A DNA stretch of 64,000 nt from Podarcis melisellensis (Eukaryota): the NCBI GenBank assembly GCA_964234715.1, contig OZ174281.1; one strand, 5' to 3'. Under the pieces are notes generated by a model that had not been told where the DNA came from, did not search any database, and worked only from the letters and a program-made list of their open reading frames with translations. Positions 25,356-36,999 of the stretch are shown here, one piece after another (position 1 is the stretch's first letter; each line of letters begins with the position of its first letter). A program made the position numbers and the translations under genes.

Positions 25356-26289
25356 CTGCGAATGAGCACAAAAAATTAAAAGAAGCTAACTTAGGGACCA
25401 TTCAACATTAAGTGTAAACATGTTCTTTAATTAGATCTGCACTAAATGTATATATTTATCTCAGAAAGGAATAAGTAAAAAGAATAGCACCTTAAAAGAG
25501 ATCCGGTATTAATGATTAATCATTTGCAAAATTTCAGATTCAGTCCAGAAATTGCAAACATTTCTTTATCAGAACACACAGCGCTAGCCAGTGTGACAAA
25601 TCAGATGTTTCATATTTGCCATTCACTGACTGTAAGTGATTTGTCTCAATACAAACATAAACGTAAACACAAGTCGGGTCTGAACAAAGAAGGCACATGC
25701 AGCAATATAGCTGAAAGCAAAGAAAAGCTTTCAAAAGTAAAATAAATCCTATTAGAATCTGTACATCCTGCTAATTGCAATATGTAAGTGCTGTGTTGGA
25801 TCTAAACATTGAGAACTCTCAGTTTTCATCTCCAGGAGGAGCTATTCAAGGTAAATGACACAACTTGGTATATTGCTTCTAAGGAAGCAGCAATACCCAC
25901 ACCTCACTTACATGTTCACACCAGCTAGATTACATGAAAATCTTCACANNNNNNNNNNNNNNNNNNNNNNNNNNNNNNNNNNNNNNNNNNNNNNNNNNNN
26001 NNNNNNNNNNNNNNNNNNNNNNNNNNNNNNNNNNNNNNNNNNNNNNNNNNNNNNNNNNNNNNNNNNNNNNNNNNNNNNNNATCTTGTGATCATTTGTCTC
26101 TGACTGTGCTGATGTCACATTTTAATGAATTTTAGAAATCTGAGTAATACCAGATAACCAGACTTGCAACTCCCTACAGCACAGCATGCTGTTTTCATTG
26201 CAATACAAACAAAAAAAGAAAGAAAGTCATATTTCGCAGTTCAGGTAGGAATTATACAAATTAGGAGGGGAAGGTAAAATGGGATTCAA

Positions 26290-26730
26290 AACACCAGGCT
26301 GCTCAATTTCATAAAATCTTTAATGACCATATAAATTAACCCTGGAAAGGCAAAAGGTCACAGACATACATTTGCATACACTCCTCTATTCACTTTTGAT
26401 AAGCAGAGCTTTTACGCAGGGAACATGATACAATTAACCCTTCAGGAACCGTACAAAATGCAGCTACCGACATTTTAAGTGTCAAGCATTAACTGAAAAT
26501 TACACACTGCATAAAATTTTCATTGTAAATGCTATAGTGATTGAAAGGGGAAATCGTGGCCCCTTCCGCACCCCATGTTTTATTAATAACATTCTGACAG
26601 CAGAATGAAATATCCTCTGTCATATGGAGCAGCTGAGCACAGAAAAATTGCTACTTAGTGCCTTACTTGCCAACTCTGCAGTGGAGCTGCATGCACGGGT
26701 AAACAATTGGAATCAGCAATGCCGAACTAT
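26290..26730. promoter_or_regulatory. Candidate intronic enhancer / conserved non-coding element
   Basis: No recognisable repeat. Dense developmental TF motifs: AATTAACCCT twice, DR1, octamer, Meis pair, E-boxes, Fox/Sox. Conservation not tested. Confidence 0.45.
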
Positions 26731-27289
26731 TAAAAAAACACATTTCATTTTTTTAAAAAAATGTTTACTACAACTTTTAATTTTAAAAGGATCTGAATGT
26801 TTTGCATTGATTTTGTTTGTGTATACAAAGAAATGCCGGAAAATTAGATATCAATGACTACTTCATTCAACTGTATTTGAAAGGGCGGAGGCAATCCTCA
26901 TTTTTTTAAAAAAAATATTGATGTAGAATGACCAGCACAAATGGAATAAACAATTCTCACTGCCTTAGCATGCTTTCCTCTTCTTCTTTCCCTCTCTCAG
27001 TGGTATTACTAATCAAACACTGTAGGCTGCCTGGTCACAGTAGGAAGCAAGACTATGTTTGTTAAGGGTGATGGGGGAGCACAGTTTGGGATGCTGTAAG
27101 CCTGTGATCGTGACTAGATTGGGTTGTATTAATGCCAAGTACACAGGCACACACACTCACACCATGCATCTAGTCAGAACCTATGGGCTAATACAGCCTC
27201 TGGCACTTTCATTTTGACTCGAGCTCTGGAATGGACGTTATTTTCTCCTCCTCCTAGATTTACCAGTCCATTCCCTTTGGGCAGGAAAA

Positions 27290-27990
27290 TGAAGTGTCAG
27301 AGTGATACTGAGTGTCCTTATCTTGAGGGGGCATAAAATTGTAAAGGCTGTCATGGTAATCATTAATAAAACAGAGGGAGAGGGAGAGAGGGAGATGGGC
27401 AAAGAGAAAATCACAAAGGTACTAAAAGAATAGCCGAAGTATCATCATCTGGGTCTCATCAGACAATTTTTGCAGGGTGCTCTTTTTCTGGTATGTGTTT
27501 TAAGTATGAGAGAAATTCCCAGACATGTTCTCCTATACATCATCATGGTGTCTGACCTCTGCCTGACCCTGGCAACAGTTTGAGAAATCTAAATGTGAAC
27601 AAAGACTCTGTGTCAGCAGCAGGGAGAGATTGTGGGGTAGACTTTCCTCCATCAACTTAATCGCAAACAGCAGTTTTTAGGCCATAACTTTACAGGGCTC
27701 CACCAAGCCACAAACACATAACCTTTGGAGGTGAAACTGCCCTCTACCCCTCCTCCCTTCTGTGATTTTTCTCAGTCCTCTGGTACTTCCTTTGATGTAG
27801 CAAGGCAATTAGATCTAATGTTCAAGTACTGCAAGCCTGTTTTATGGTTTCGAAGGTGAGAGCTGTTTATTACAGGTAGGCTCCCGGGGGCCATAAAAGC
27901 TTTGCAAATTTTAATCATGCAAAAAACTAATCAAATGTAACTTATACACACCATAAAAATTAATATCATTATTATGCACTATTTAAATTG
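27290..27990. promoter_or_regulatory. Candidate intronic enhancer with clustered posterior Hox/Cdx and TCF sites
   Basis: TTTTATGG 27840-27847; CCATAAAA 27891-27898 and 27951-27958; GCATAAAA 27331-27338; CCTTTGATG 27789-27797. Confidence 0.45.
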
Positions 27991-29444
27991 GTTGTCTTGG
28001 CTTTTCAATGGCAGACACATTAAGAAAAATATTTGGCATTCATATCAGAAATATGTCTGGCTTTCCTTTCGGAAACCTATTTCAGAGACAGAAATGACAG
28101 TGGAGCTGCTTTTACTGTCTTCAAAAAAAGTGGCAAAGGGCTGCTGATTTCTTGCAATGTTACACTCTTGCAAATGTCTTTAATGAACTGCAGAAAAACG
28201 TAGCAGTCACACATACAAGCATATTAAGATGCCGAGAAGTAAAAATATAGACTAATTCCTATAATTCTTAAGGAATTTCCAAAACAAAAAGTAACATCAG
28301 ACAGTTCATAGCATCAGCACTTCAGCAACTTGTACTTTTTGCTTCAAAGTGTATTGTTCGATCGTAATGTCATATTTTAATCAACAAAGATATCTGGGGG
28401 AAGTGTGCATGTATGAGTTCACACCACTATAGCTACTAAAAGATCTATGAGTGTGTTTAGATATGAACAAGTCCTTGTGGTCTGTTTTAAATTTACAAGA
28501 GTTCTACCTATATACGCTTACATATGTAAACTTTGAAAATAAGTAGAACATGGAATTCAGTCATATTTCAATAGCTAACATAACACTCACCATTGCAACT
28601 TGATATTTTATTCTCACCTGGTTTTGTTTTATCTAAATACTAAAATGCCTTTGAAGTCAAGTCCAAGTTTAACCACTGTCAGCCTTTTACCCCCTGAAAC
28701 CCTTTTATGATGTACGCACAGTATTAAAAGCTGCACAGTTTGGAATGCTTATCATTAAAACTGGGCAGAACAAAAATTACCAACTGAAATATACATGTCC
28801 TTATTAATTATGTTTACACAATTAATACATGGGAAATGCATATTTCAGAGACCAGTTCTTTCCATGTAATACTATACTTCCAAGTTACAGAGGACCCTGT
28901 CTTAAAGATACTTGCCCATTTCTTCCACCACGAGTGGTGGGGAAGGATACAAATGGCAGTAAACATAGACCTGATGGAGAACTATTGTACACAATCAAGG
29001 CGGCAAGAGCAGAGATTTGGCCAGGAAGCCTGAACCTGCAGGGAAGCTGCCCAGCAGAACTTGGATGGCAGGAGCTGAGTTGCAATGGTTGGCAAAGAAT
29101 CTCCCCCAAGGACCTGTAGTTCCAAAGATGCTCAGGTAGCAACTAAAGGATTTTATAGTGGAGCTGGCTGCTTCTGCTGCTTCTGGATCAGCAGGGCCCT
29201 GATCTGAGTCATTACTCAGTGCCTACCTGTTCCCTCTGAGTAAGCCTTGCAAAACGGAGGCCTTGGTCAACAGAAAAGGGGCTGCAACACCGCTTCTTTG
29301 CTTTAATGCAGCTCCATCACTGTCACCGTGTAGCCACCATGGATAGGGTGTCATCTGGGGGCGCTGGCTGTTCATCACCCTGTGGGGTAAGCTTCTGTGG
29401 GGTAAGCTTCTACAGACATTTCATAGGGTCCGGAGTATATGGGC

Positions 29445-29554
29445 ACAGATCTTCAAAGCTCTTCCTATATTTTACCTCAATAATGTTTGCAACAACTCTA
29501 GATAGTAATCAGTACTATTAGCCCCATGTTGCCATTGGATAGGCTGAAGATAAA

Positions 29555-29602
<48 letters not shown>

Positions 29603-29666
29603 GGATGTCTATGGCCACAGTGAGAATGGCCAAGGTGAGATACAAATCAGGGACTTCCTGGCTCGC
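29445..29666 (-). mobile_element. Old MIR/CORE-type SINE interrupted by an (AAT)n microsatellite
   Basis: cttcaaagctcttcc...gcaacaactc...tactattagccccatgttgc...ggctga...aaggtgagatacaaatcagggacttcctggctc resembles an antisense copy of the element at 42581-42753. Confidence 0.5.
29556..29601. repeat. (TAA)15 microsatellite
   Basis: Direct reading. Confidence 0.95.
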
Positions 29667-30000
29667 TACATCAGTTCTTTCTGAAAAAAGAGTTTCTTAA
29701 TAAGAAAAGCTGGACAGTAAATTAGTGTCAATTATTTAATGAATATTACTACAGATGCCAGGCCTGAAAGAAGAAAGGAAGAGATTGTCTTGAACCAACA
29801 ACATCATTAGGAAAGGTCCTTGAGAATAAAACACCTGCTTGCATATTGAAAGACTGGATTGTACCCTAGAATAACATCCTCAAATTATTTTAACCATAAG
29901 GTGCCTTGCAGCTTATGCCAAACCTATTATGACCTAAGCGTTTATTTATTAGAGTACAGTTCTCCAGATATATGGCAGCTTCTGATATTGTAAGGTGCAG

Positions 30001-30009
30001 GTGTGTGTG

Positions 30010-30043
<34 letters not shown>

Positions 30044-30081
30044 AGAGGGGGGGAGGGAGGGAGGGAGGGAGGGAGGGAGGG
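30001..30081. repeat. Compound microsatellite (GT)5-AT-(AC)14-(GA)3-Gn-(AGGG)n
   Basis: Direct reading. Confidence 0.95.
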
Positions 30082-30390
30082 AGAGGTGCCAATTCATGAA
30101 GAAGTGTAGGTGATAGCAAACAAACATCCTGTAGTGTGATAAAACTCAATATTCTGATTAAATCCCCACATTAAGGAGCTAAACTTTTGAAGATCCTTTC
30201 CCTCTGATCTCATTTTTGACAATCTCTCCTACACCCACCCATTGCGCAGTCCTCATCTGTATTAGAATTGTTTAAAAGATGTTTTAAGATGTTATTGTTT
30301 TATCACTTGCTGTTTGCCATCCTCGACATATAAATTTAATAATAAATGGCCACCAACAGTTGTGTGCCACTTAGAACAACACTTCACTTA

Positions 30391-30507
30391 TCCAATGAAG
30401 CAGGCTCTAATCCATGAAAGTTTATGCCATTAAAAACATGCTCTCCTCTTTAAGGTGCCACAGTACTGGTTTGGCTGCTACACACTAACACATCTACTTC
30501 TCTGGAA
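30391..30507 (+). mobile_element. Penelope-like terminal-repeat remnant with degenerate hammerhead skeleton
   Basis: tCCAATGAagcaggctctaatccatGAAAGTTTAtgccat...ctttaaggtgccacag...gctgctacacactaacacatctacttctctggaa is the opposite-orientation homologue of 10323-10440 and 2041-2120. Confidence 0.62.
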
Positions 30508-32619
30508 ATACTTTTAAGAATCTCTAAACTGAAGTTTTTTAAAAGCTGAAGACCCACATTCCATCACAATGCTTAAATATCCCCGCAATACATGATTAAA
30601 AATCATGTTATATTAGCCTCCCAGGTGTAGTATCTTTATAGCAGTGAATATATGTATGCTGGGGGTGATACCACATACAGAACTCTGTGAACATGCTCAG
30701 TAATTGATCCGGAATCTTGCACAAACCGTGCTTTTAATTTCAGATCCTAGGAGCTCAATGGACTGAATTAGTTCCCAACCAATGGTGCAAAAAAATATTT
30801 TTTGTTTTACACATAAGTGAATGGTTGCGACTTAGTACTATGGAGAAATTAAAGAACTATTGTTGAGGGCAACAAAGTGAAGTGAGCAAAATCTGCTCAT
30901 TAGCCCAAAACTAGATCACCCAGCTACCACTATTATCAAGAAGCAATATTCCTCCCCTCCTGCTAATAGTAGTTACAGGACGCAGGAATATTTCATACAC
31001 TTACCACCACCTCAACTGAATAGGGGGAATACAGGTTCCCTCACCCAATCAAACCTGAGAGGAGCTTTTAGATTGGTACCAGGGAGGCATTTCTTGCCTT
31101 TCCCTATGAATCTTGTGGTCTAATCAGGTTGAGCAAGAAGCAGAATCAAGCCCATTTTTACGCTTGTTTGGGAAGCAAGGGTGACAATAAAAAAGATTGT
31201 GGAAACAATTAGACCTCTGAATCACTTTTTTAAAAGAATTAAGCAGTCTTTAGCGAATTTGACAGTAAAAGGGTCAGGCAGCCAAACTAACTAAAACTGA
31301 GAAATTCCAAAGCTTATTTTTCTGAAATGAAAGCAGCAGATTTTGACAGCTGGCTATTATAGCCTCATTTTTTTATTGCTCAACATCTGCACAACATGAG
31401 AAGCAAACCCCTTTCTCAAAGAATCCCTACTCTGTTGTGTAACAGACCTAACAGATTACTCCTGTTCTAGCAATCCCCACCTGTTCTTCATCCTCATTCT
31501 TTTCAATTCAACCTACCCTTATTGTACAGAAAATTCCACCACTTTCCTCCTTATTTCCTCCCATATCTGATTTCTATGAATCAATGGATGAAGAATGGTA
31601 TATAAATTTAACTCATAAAATAAAATAAATAAAATGTAACATAATGAGCTGAGTAGTTTCAAAGAAACGACTAAAAGGAACAACACAACATAAGATCCCC
31701 ATTTCCACTCCATCTACTAAGGCCTATGGATTCAGGAAGCTATTCTTCTGTTTCATGCTGTCCATCAAGCAACTACAACAGAATTCAAGATTACATAATG
31801 TATAATTGTAAATGTGCTGGTTTGCTCAACATGTAAGCCTCTATCCACTCAGTGAGTCTAGATTTCATTCTACTTTATTTTATTGGTCTAATAGTAACAA
31901 AAACGTATAAAAATCAAACTGAATTTTGATTATTACGGTTTTAAATTTTGATTACTACAGTTCTACAATTTGTTTTTCAAATGATGAACAACAGGTCCTA
32001 TGTAGACCTTCAGGCCAGACAAGTTACTCTTTCCCTTGTTCTTGCCTTAGGAACTATTCATCCCATATATTATTTTCACCACCTTAATCAGTTTGCTGAC
32101 AATAACAGATAAGTAATACTTTGTTTCCAGAGCTTGGTAGGTTACTATATAAGCAATACATTAAAACTGTAGCTAAGTACTGTAGACCTCTGTTTTTCAA
32201 AAGCCAAGCTATGGACCCCTACTTCTGAAAATTCTGATATATCTATGGTAGTTTTTGTTATGTGAATGGTATCATAGACCCCCTGGGCAGGTTACACGGA
32301 ACTCCTGGGGGTAATATACGTCTGTTGGCCTGTGTTTGGCTTATTGGGTCGCAAGCTGCTGATGGCTAATATATGCCCTCTCTTCCTTAAATGTTGCTGT
32401 TACTATGTCACTTTTAACATTGAACTGCCTTAAAACAATTTATAGAATAAAAATAGAAATAACAAGAAACATGAAACCAAGTATAAAAGCAAGAATACAA
32501 TAAGATCTAAACTGCACATCTAAAAATATGCATCTAACAGGAACAAGTCCTACCCACCTCATTTAAAAGTCCACAAAGATAACCAGTTACCCTCCAAATT
32601 AAGGATCAAAGGCCAAGAT

Positions 32620-32968
32620 AAATTAAATGTTTTTGCCTGGCACATAAAAACAGACAGCACCAGGTATGCTGCTCTGGTGAGTGCATTCTGCAAGTGGAGA
32701 GCCACTACTGGAAAGGCCTGTTCTCATGTTGCCTATTCTGCACCTCCCTTGGAGAGGACACATGGAGAAAAGTCTCTGATAATGAATGATGTGTCTGGGT
32801 TGGGTCATACGAGGAGAAGCTGTTCTGGAGGTACTGGGATCTTGAGCCATGTAAGGCCTTATGGCTAAAAATTTTGAACTGAGCCTGGACACTAATCGGT
32901 AGTTGGTGGAGTTCCGTCAAGATTGGAGTTAATAAGCTCACACCATCTTGCTCCGGTCAGCAATCTGG
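32620..32968 (-). mobile_element. L2 LINE 3' ORF2 fragment, degraded
   Basis: ORF 32705..32941 reads TPILTELHQLPISVQAQFKIFSHKALHGSRSQYL, matching the L2 C-terminal motif ITP.L..LHWLP...R..FK...TYKAL.G.GP.YL. Confidence 0.8.
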
Positions 32969-34885
32969 GGCAAGATGGTCTGAGAATATAAACAACTAAA
33001 TTAAGATGGGCAAGTAAGCACTGAAAAGTAATGAGTCTATGCCAGGGAAGAGAGGGAGAAAGTGATTAATAGCGGATGGATAAACAACGACAGGAAATGA
33101 ATTCCACTCCAAATGGGCGATGAGCATGTTTGACTTCTAAAATGTTAAACTGACAAAGTGCAACTAAGTGAAGAGGATGTAACATCCATTTGTCTTAAAA
33201 TATCTGTACACACATTTTAAGCGTCTTTCATTTGCCTCACTCACCCTAATTTCTACTGTAATGGGGAGCTTAACTGTCATGCTGCTCTTCTTACACATGG
33301 CACTGTAACCAAAATAGGACGGTCCTTGGAAACAGACTTACAATTTAATAATTTACTATTGCCCACCCTAGACAATTACACTTCCCTCTCACATGTCTTG
33401 GGGAGTAGGCATGTACTTGCTACAAACAGCCTTCCAATCTGAAACAGCTACACACCATTCACAACAGGCCATACAGCAGAAATTTGGAAACACGCCTGTC
33501 CTTGTGGCAGACCCAGATGTCTACGCTGTTCCTATGTCTATTCTGGTGATAGGATCTATCTATCTATCACTTAATCAACAAAAGTCTCTAAGCAGTTTAC
33601 CTAAAACACTGTAATTACATAGAAATGTCACCCACAGCATCAGGGTTTAATTCACCTGCTCATCTTCCACAATGTGATGTATACCATCATCTGCTAGCAA
33701 TATCCCTCTGTGTTCTACACAGTAGAAAAAGACTAGTTTATACACAAAAGATTAAATGAACACCAGAAATTTCAATATTAAAAATGCCAATGGGAAAACA
33801 TTTCAGCCACCCAGAGCAATCTGTGTAAGTGACCTCAGGGTGGGCATCCCAGAACAAAGGAACTTCAAAGAGACACTGCAATATGAAAACACTGAATTAC
33901 AAGACATCAAGTGGTTCAATGCTGTCACTTGTAGACTGAAAGAAGACAAAGGATTTTTAGCGCATTATACGTGTTAATTTGCTTACCACTGCCAACCCTT
34001 GACAGCAATAAAATATTATAGCAAAATATCATCCAATTAAGAGCTAATCTTTATTAAATCAACACAAGAAAAAATGCTGAAAACCAGAACTAGTGTGAAA
34101 ATATATATTTACCTGTAATATCTTTTCCTGTATCACCTTCAGCTGAATGTTTTAAGTTGTTAAAAGTTTAATATGCATTTCAGCTTCACATCTGAACCAA
34201 ATTGGCTACACAAAATCATACATTCGAAAGTTACCTCAAAGGTCCTCCAATCTTACTCCCAGTTTGTGCAGAAAATATATAGGGTTATGTTTTGAAATTT
34301 TGTTCCAGGGCTTCCATTTTTAGTGCACAGCACAGTCTTGCTTAGGTAGTGTGAGGAGCTAGTTTAGAAAAACTTTTGTGTTGGACACTATGGATTTCAG
34401 CCTATCTTCATCCAAATGAGGAAAACAAGGAAAAGCACAAGGTCTGGTAATACAAACACAAATCTAAAATAAGCCAAGCAAGGATGCAATTTGAACAATA
34501 AATTTCTATGTAGAAGCATAAATTGTGAGACCATTAGACAAAAAGGTAAATAAGAATGGCTAAATGAAGTCATAGAAATTGGGAGGGTGGGGAGCTAAAT
34601 AAATTACTTTTATCAGTCTTCGGTACAGAAGCTTGGAATAAAATATCATCTGAATTTATTGGGTGTTGGTGGTAGAACACCTTTAAGACACATTCAGAAA
34701 CTTCAGTCATTTTTAGTTCAGAAAAAAAGGCTACTGAGAGAAATGAGACAGATGGTTACATAATTCTGAATAACAGGAACAGAATAGAGACAATACGTTT
34801 TGTGTCAAAGTACTAAAACCTGGACTTGTCCAATAAAATTAAGTTTAGGTAAAGGAAAATGAACAAAGCAGAATTTATTTACACA

Positions 34886-35002
34886 GGGGATATAGCTCAG
34901 TCGGTAGAGCATGAGGCTCTTAATCTCAGGGTTGTGGCTTCAGGCACAGGGGTTGGACTAGATTACCCTCATGGTCCCTTCCAACTCTACATTTCTATGA
35001 TT
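34886..35002 (+). mobile_element. tRNA-Lys-headed SINE with CR1-type tail (Squam2-like), internally deleted
   Basis: tagctcagtcggtagagcatgaggctcttaatctcagggttgtgg matches the 5' two-thirds of tRNA-Lys(CUU). It is followed by ggttggactagat...gtcccttccaactctac.attctatgatt, a CR1-like 3' end. Confidence 0.82.
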
Positions 35003-35451
35003 ATACAGTTGCTGTGATGGTACATATCTAAAAGAAGCATAGCTATCCCTGCCATGCCATGCTTGACATGCCTTGCCATTTTCTTGGGGTGAAATGGAGA
35101 TGGAATGCAGGACCAAGGGAACCTAACACTTGAGAAAAAATTCTGGGCTTTGGTCTGATCTAGCAAAATACTTCTTATATACTTAAAAATGGGGAACTAC
35201 TTCAGCACCTTTTCTGCCTCACAATTTCACTTGAAAAGCAGAATTATGAGTGAAGCAAACAGTTTAAAAATAGCATACAAATTAGGGGAAAATCAGTACA
35301 GATTTGATTTGAAAAGCAATGGCACAGAAATGCTTTACTGGTTGCTAAATATTTTATGACTAAAATTTTAGCAATCTTGCTTGTACCCAAAATATGAGTG
35401 CATGCTTTTTAAGCTGTCAAATATCTTCATTAGAGCCTTCTTTGGTGTCAG

Positions 35452-35454
<3 letters not shown>

Positions 35455-35492
<38 letters not shown>
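35455..35492. repeat. (GT)19 microsatellite
   Basis: Direct reading. Confidence 0.95.
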
Positions 35493-35494
<2 letters not shown>

Positions 35495-36659
35495 AGGGAG
35501 AACTGTCAGATCACTATCACATTACTTACACTTTGAGCTAAGGAAATAAATATAAGTCTAAGGTGCCTCAAATGGCAAGACTACACGTTAAGCTTTAAAG
35601 TTTAGGTTGCCTTGTCTTCTGAGGACCAGAGTGGTAGATGAGGCAAGACACTTTTCAAACCAGATCCCTTCAGGGTACCCTGCAGGCTGTAGTCCTAGCC
35701 TGAAGCAAGGAAAGAGCAGGGCCCTCAAAACGGCACTTGGCACTTTAAAAATGCCTATCCCTTAGTTGGACCTAGGCCAAAGCCAGACGATACAGCACTT
35801 GATGAGAGCACATAAAGGTTGTGTATTCAAAGTATGTTATAATTTTGCGCTGCCTCAGGATACTTGAACCATGCCTCTTGCAGGCATTGCAACTGAGCAA
35901 GTGTGAATCTTCCTTCATAAACTGTTCAAGCTTGTCCAATGTAACACGTTTTCTCCTGGCTATTGACAATAGAATACCTGCAGCCTTGCTCCTGAACAAC
36001 TATTAGGCTATATTTGCTGTTTGCCCAGCCATGTGTGTCTGTGAGTAGCAGATCAACCTCTCCTAGTGCACTTCCCTAAGAAAGCATCCCTATCTTTTTC
36101 AAAACACACCCTGTGTATTCATCAGGTAAGGAAGCTAACACTGCTTTCTATATAACAGACTGTGAACTTGATGGTATGCAGAGAAGGGAATCCATTTCTC
36201 ATTGCATCCTTTGGGAAATGTATGCCAGAAGAAATATAATAAAGGTATATGAAAAAGGTTTCTTTGGGGATTTTATCAGATAACAATTATACCAGGTCTG
36301 TCAAAGACAAACACACAAACCAATCCAAGATTATTTTTGTTAGTGTGGAATATTTTGTCTATAAGCAAATAATCAATGTGATGTTTCTTTAACTAGTTAC
36401 AAGAAAAATAAATAACTTCAATGGATAACATAGAAGAATGCTACCAAATATGAACTTCAGGATGTTTGAGTTCTGTAATCTCTCATTTCAGTAAATTTGA
36501 AGAAGGCCCATCATACTATTACTCCTGCAGTGTCAAGACATACATCAATAAATTGCAAATAACTAAATTAAAGATAAAGTAGATTATAGTTACAAAAAGT
36601 AATAAACAATTCCTAGCACTCCAACAAAACACTAAATTAAAAGCAGGACTGATTCATTT

Positions 36660-36660
<1 letters not shown>

Positions 36661-36718
<58 letters not shown>
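36661..36718. repeat. (GT)4(AT)25 microsatellite
   Basis: Direct reading. Confidence 0.95.
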
Positions 36719-36722
<4 letters not shown>

Positions 36723-36842
36723 TACACTTCAAATATTATGGAAGAAAAAAGACACAAGAATCATGACTGTAATAACTATGAAGATGCAGTTGTCAAACAA
36801 ACAAAAACTATCCACAAGTCGATTCAGAAAAAAAGTAACTCA

Positions 36843-36999
36843 GGCTATGCATGCACCATACATTTAAAGCCCTCTCCCCAAGAATCCTGGAGTTTGTTAA
36901 GGGTGCTCTGTGAGGGACTCTTTACAGTTCTTAGGATTATTTATTGGAAGGTGGGAAGGAGGGAGAATATGCTTAAAATGTATGATGTGTGTACACAGC
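36843..36999. mobile_element. Non-autonomous DNA transposon (MITE), degenerate
   Basis: Imperfect ~28-bp TIRs ggctatgcatgcaccatacatttaaagc and gcttaaaatgtatgatgtgtgtacacagc. Confidence 0.65.

Noticed and set aside
34886-34945. tRNA-Lys(CUU) gene
   Set aside because: The T-arm and acceptor stem are incomplete and it runs into a CR1-like tail, so it is a SINE head.
36085-36130. Minus-strand CUGAUGA-hairpin-GAAA as an intact hammerhead
   Set aside because: There are three extra U before GAAA, no G-C closing pair on stem II, and helices I and III do not pair.
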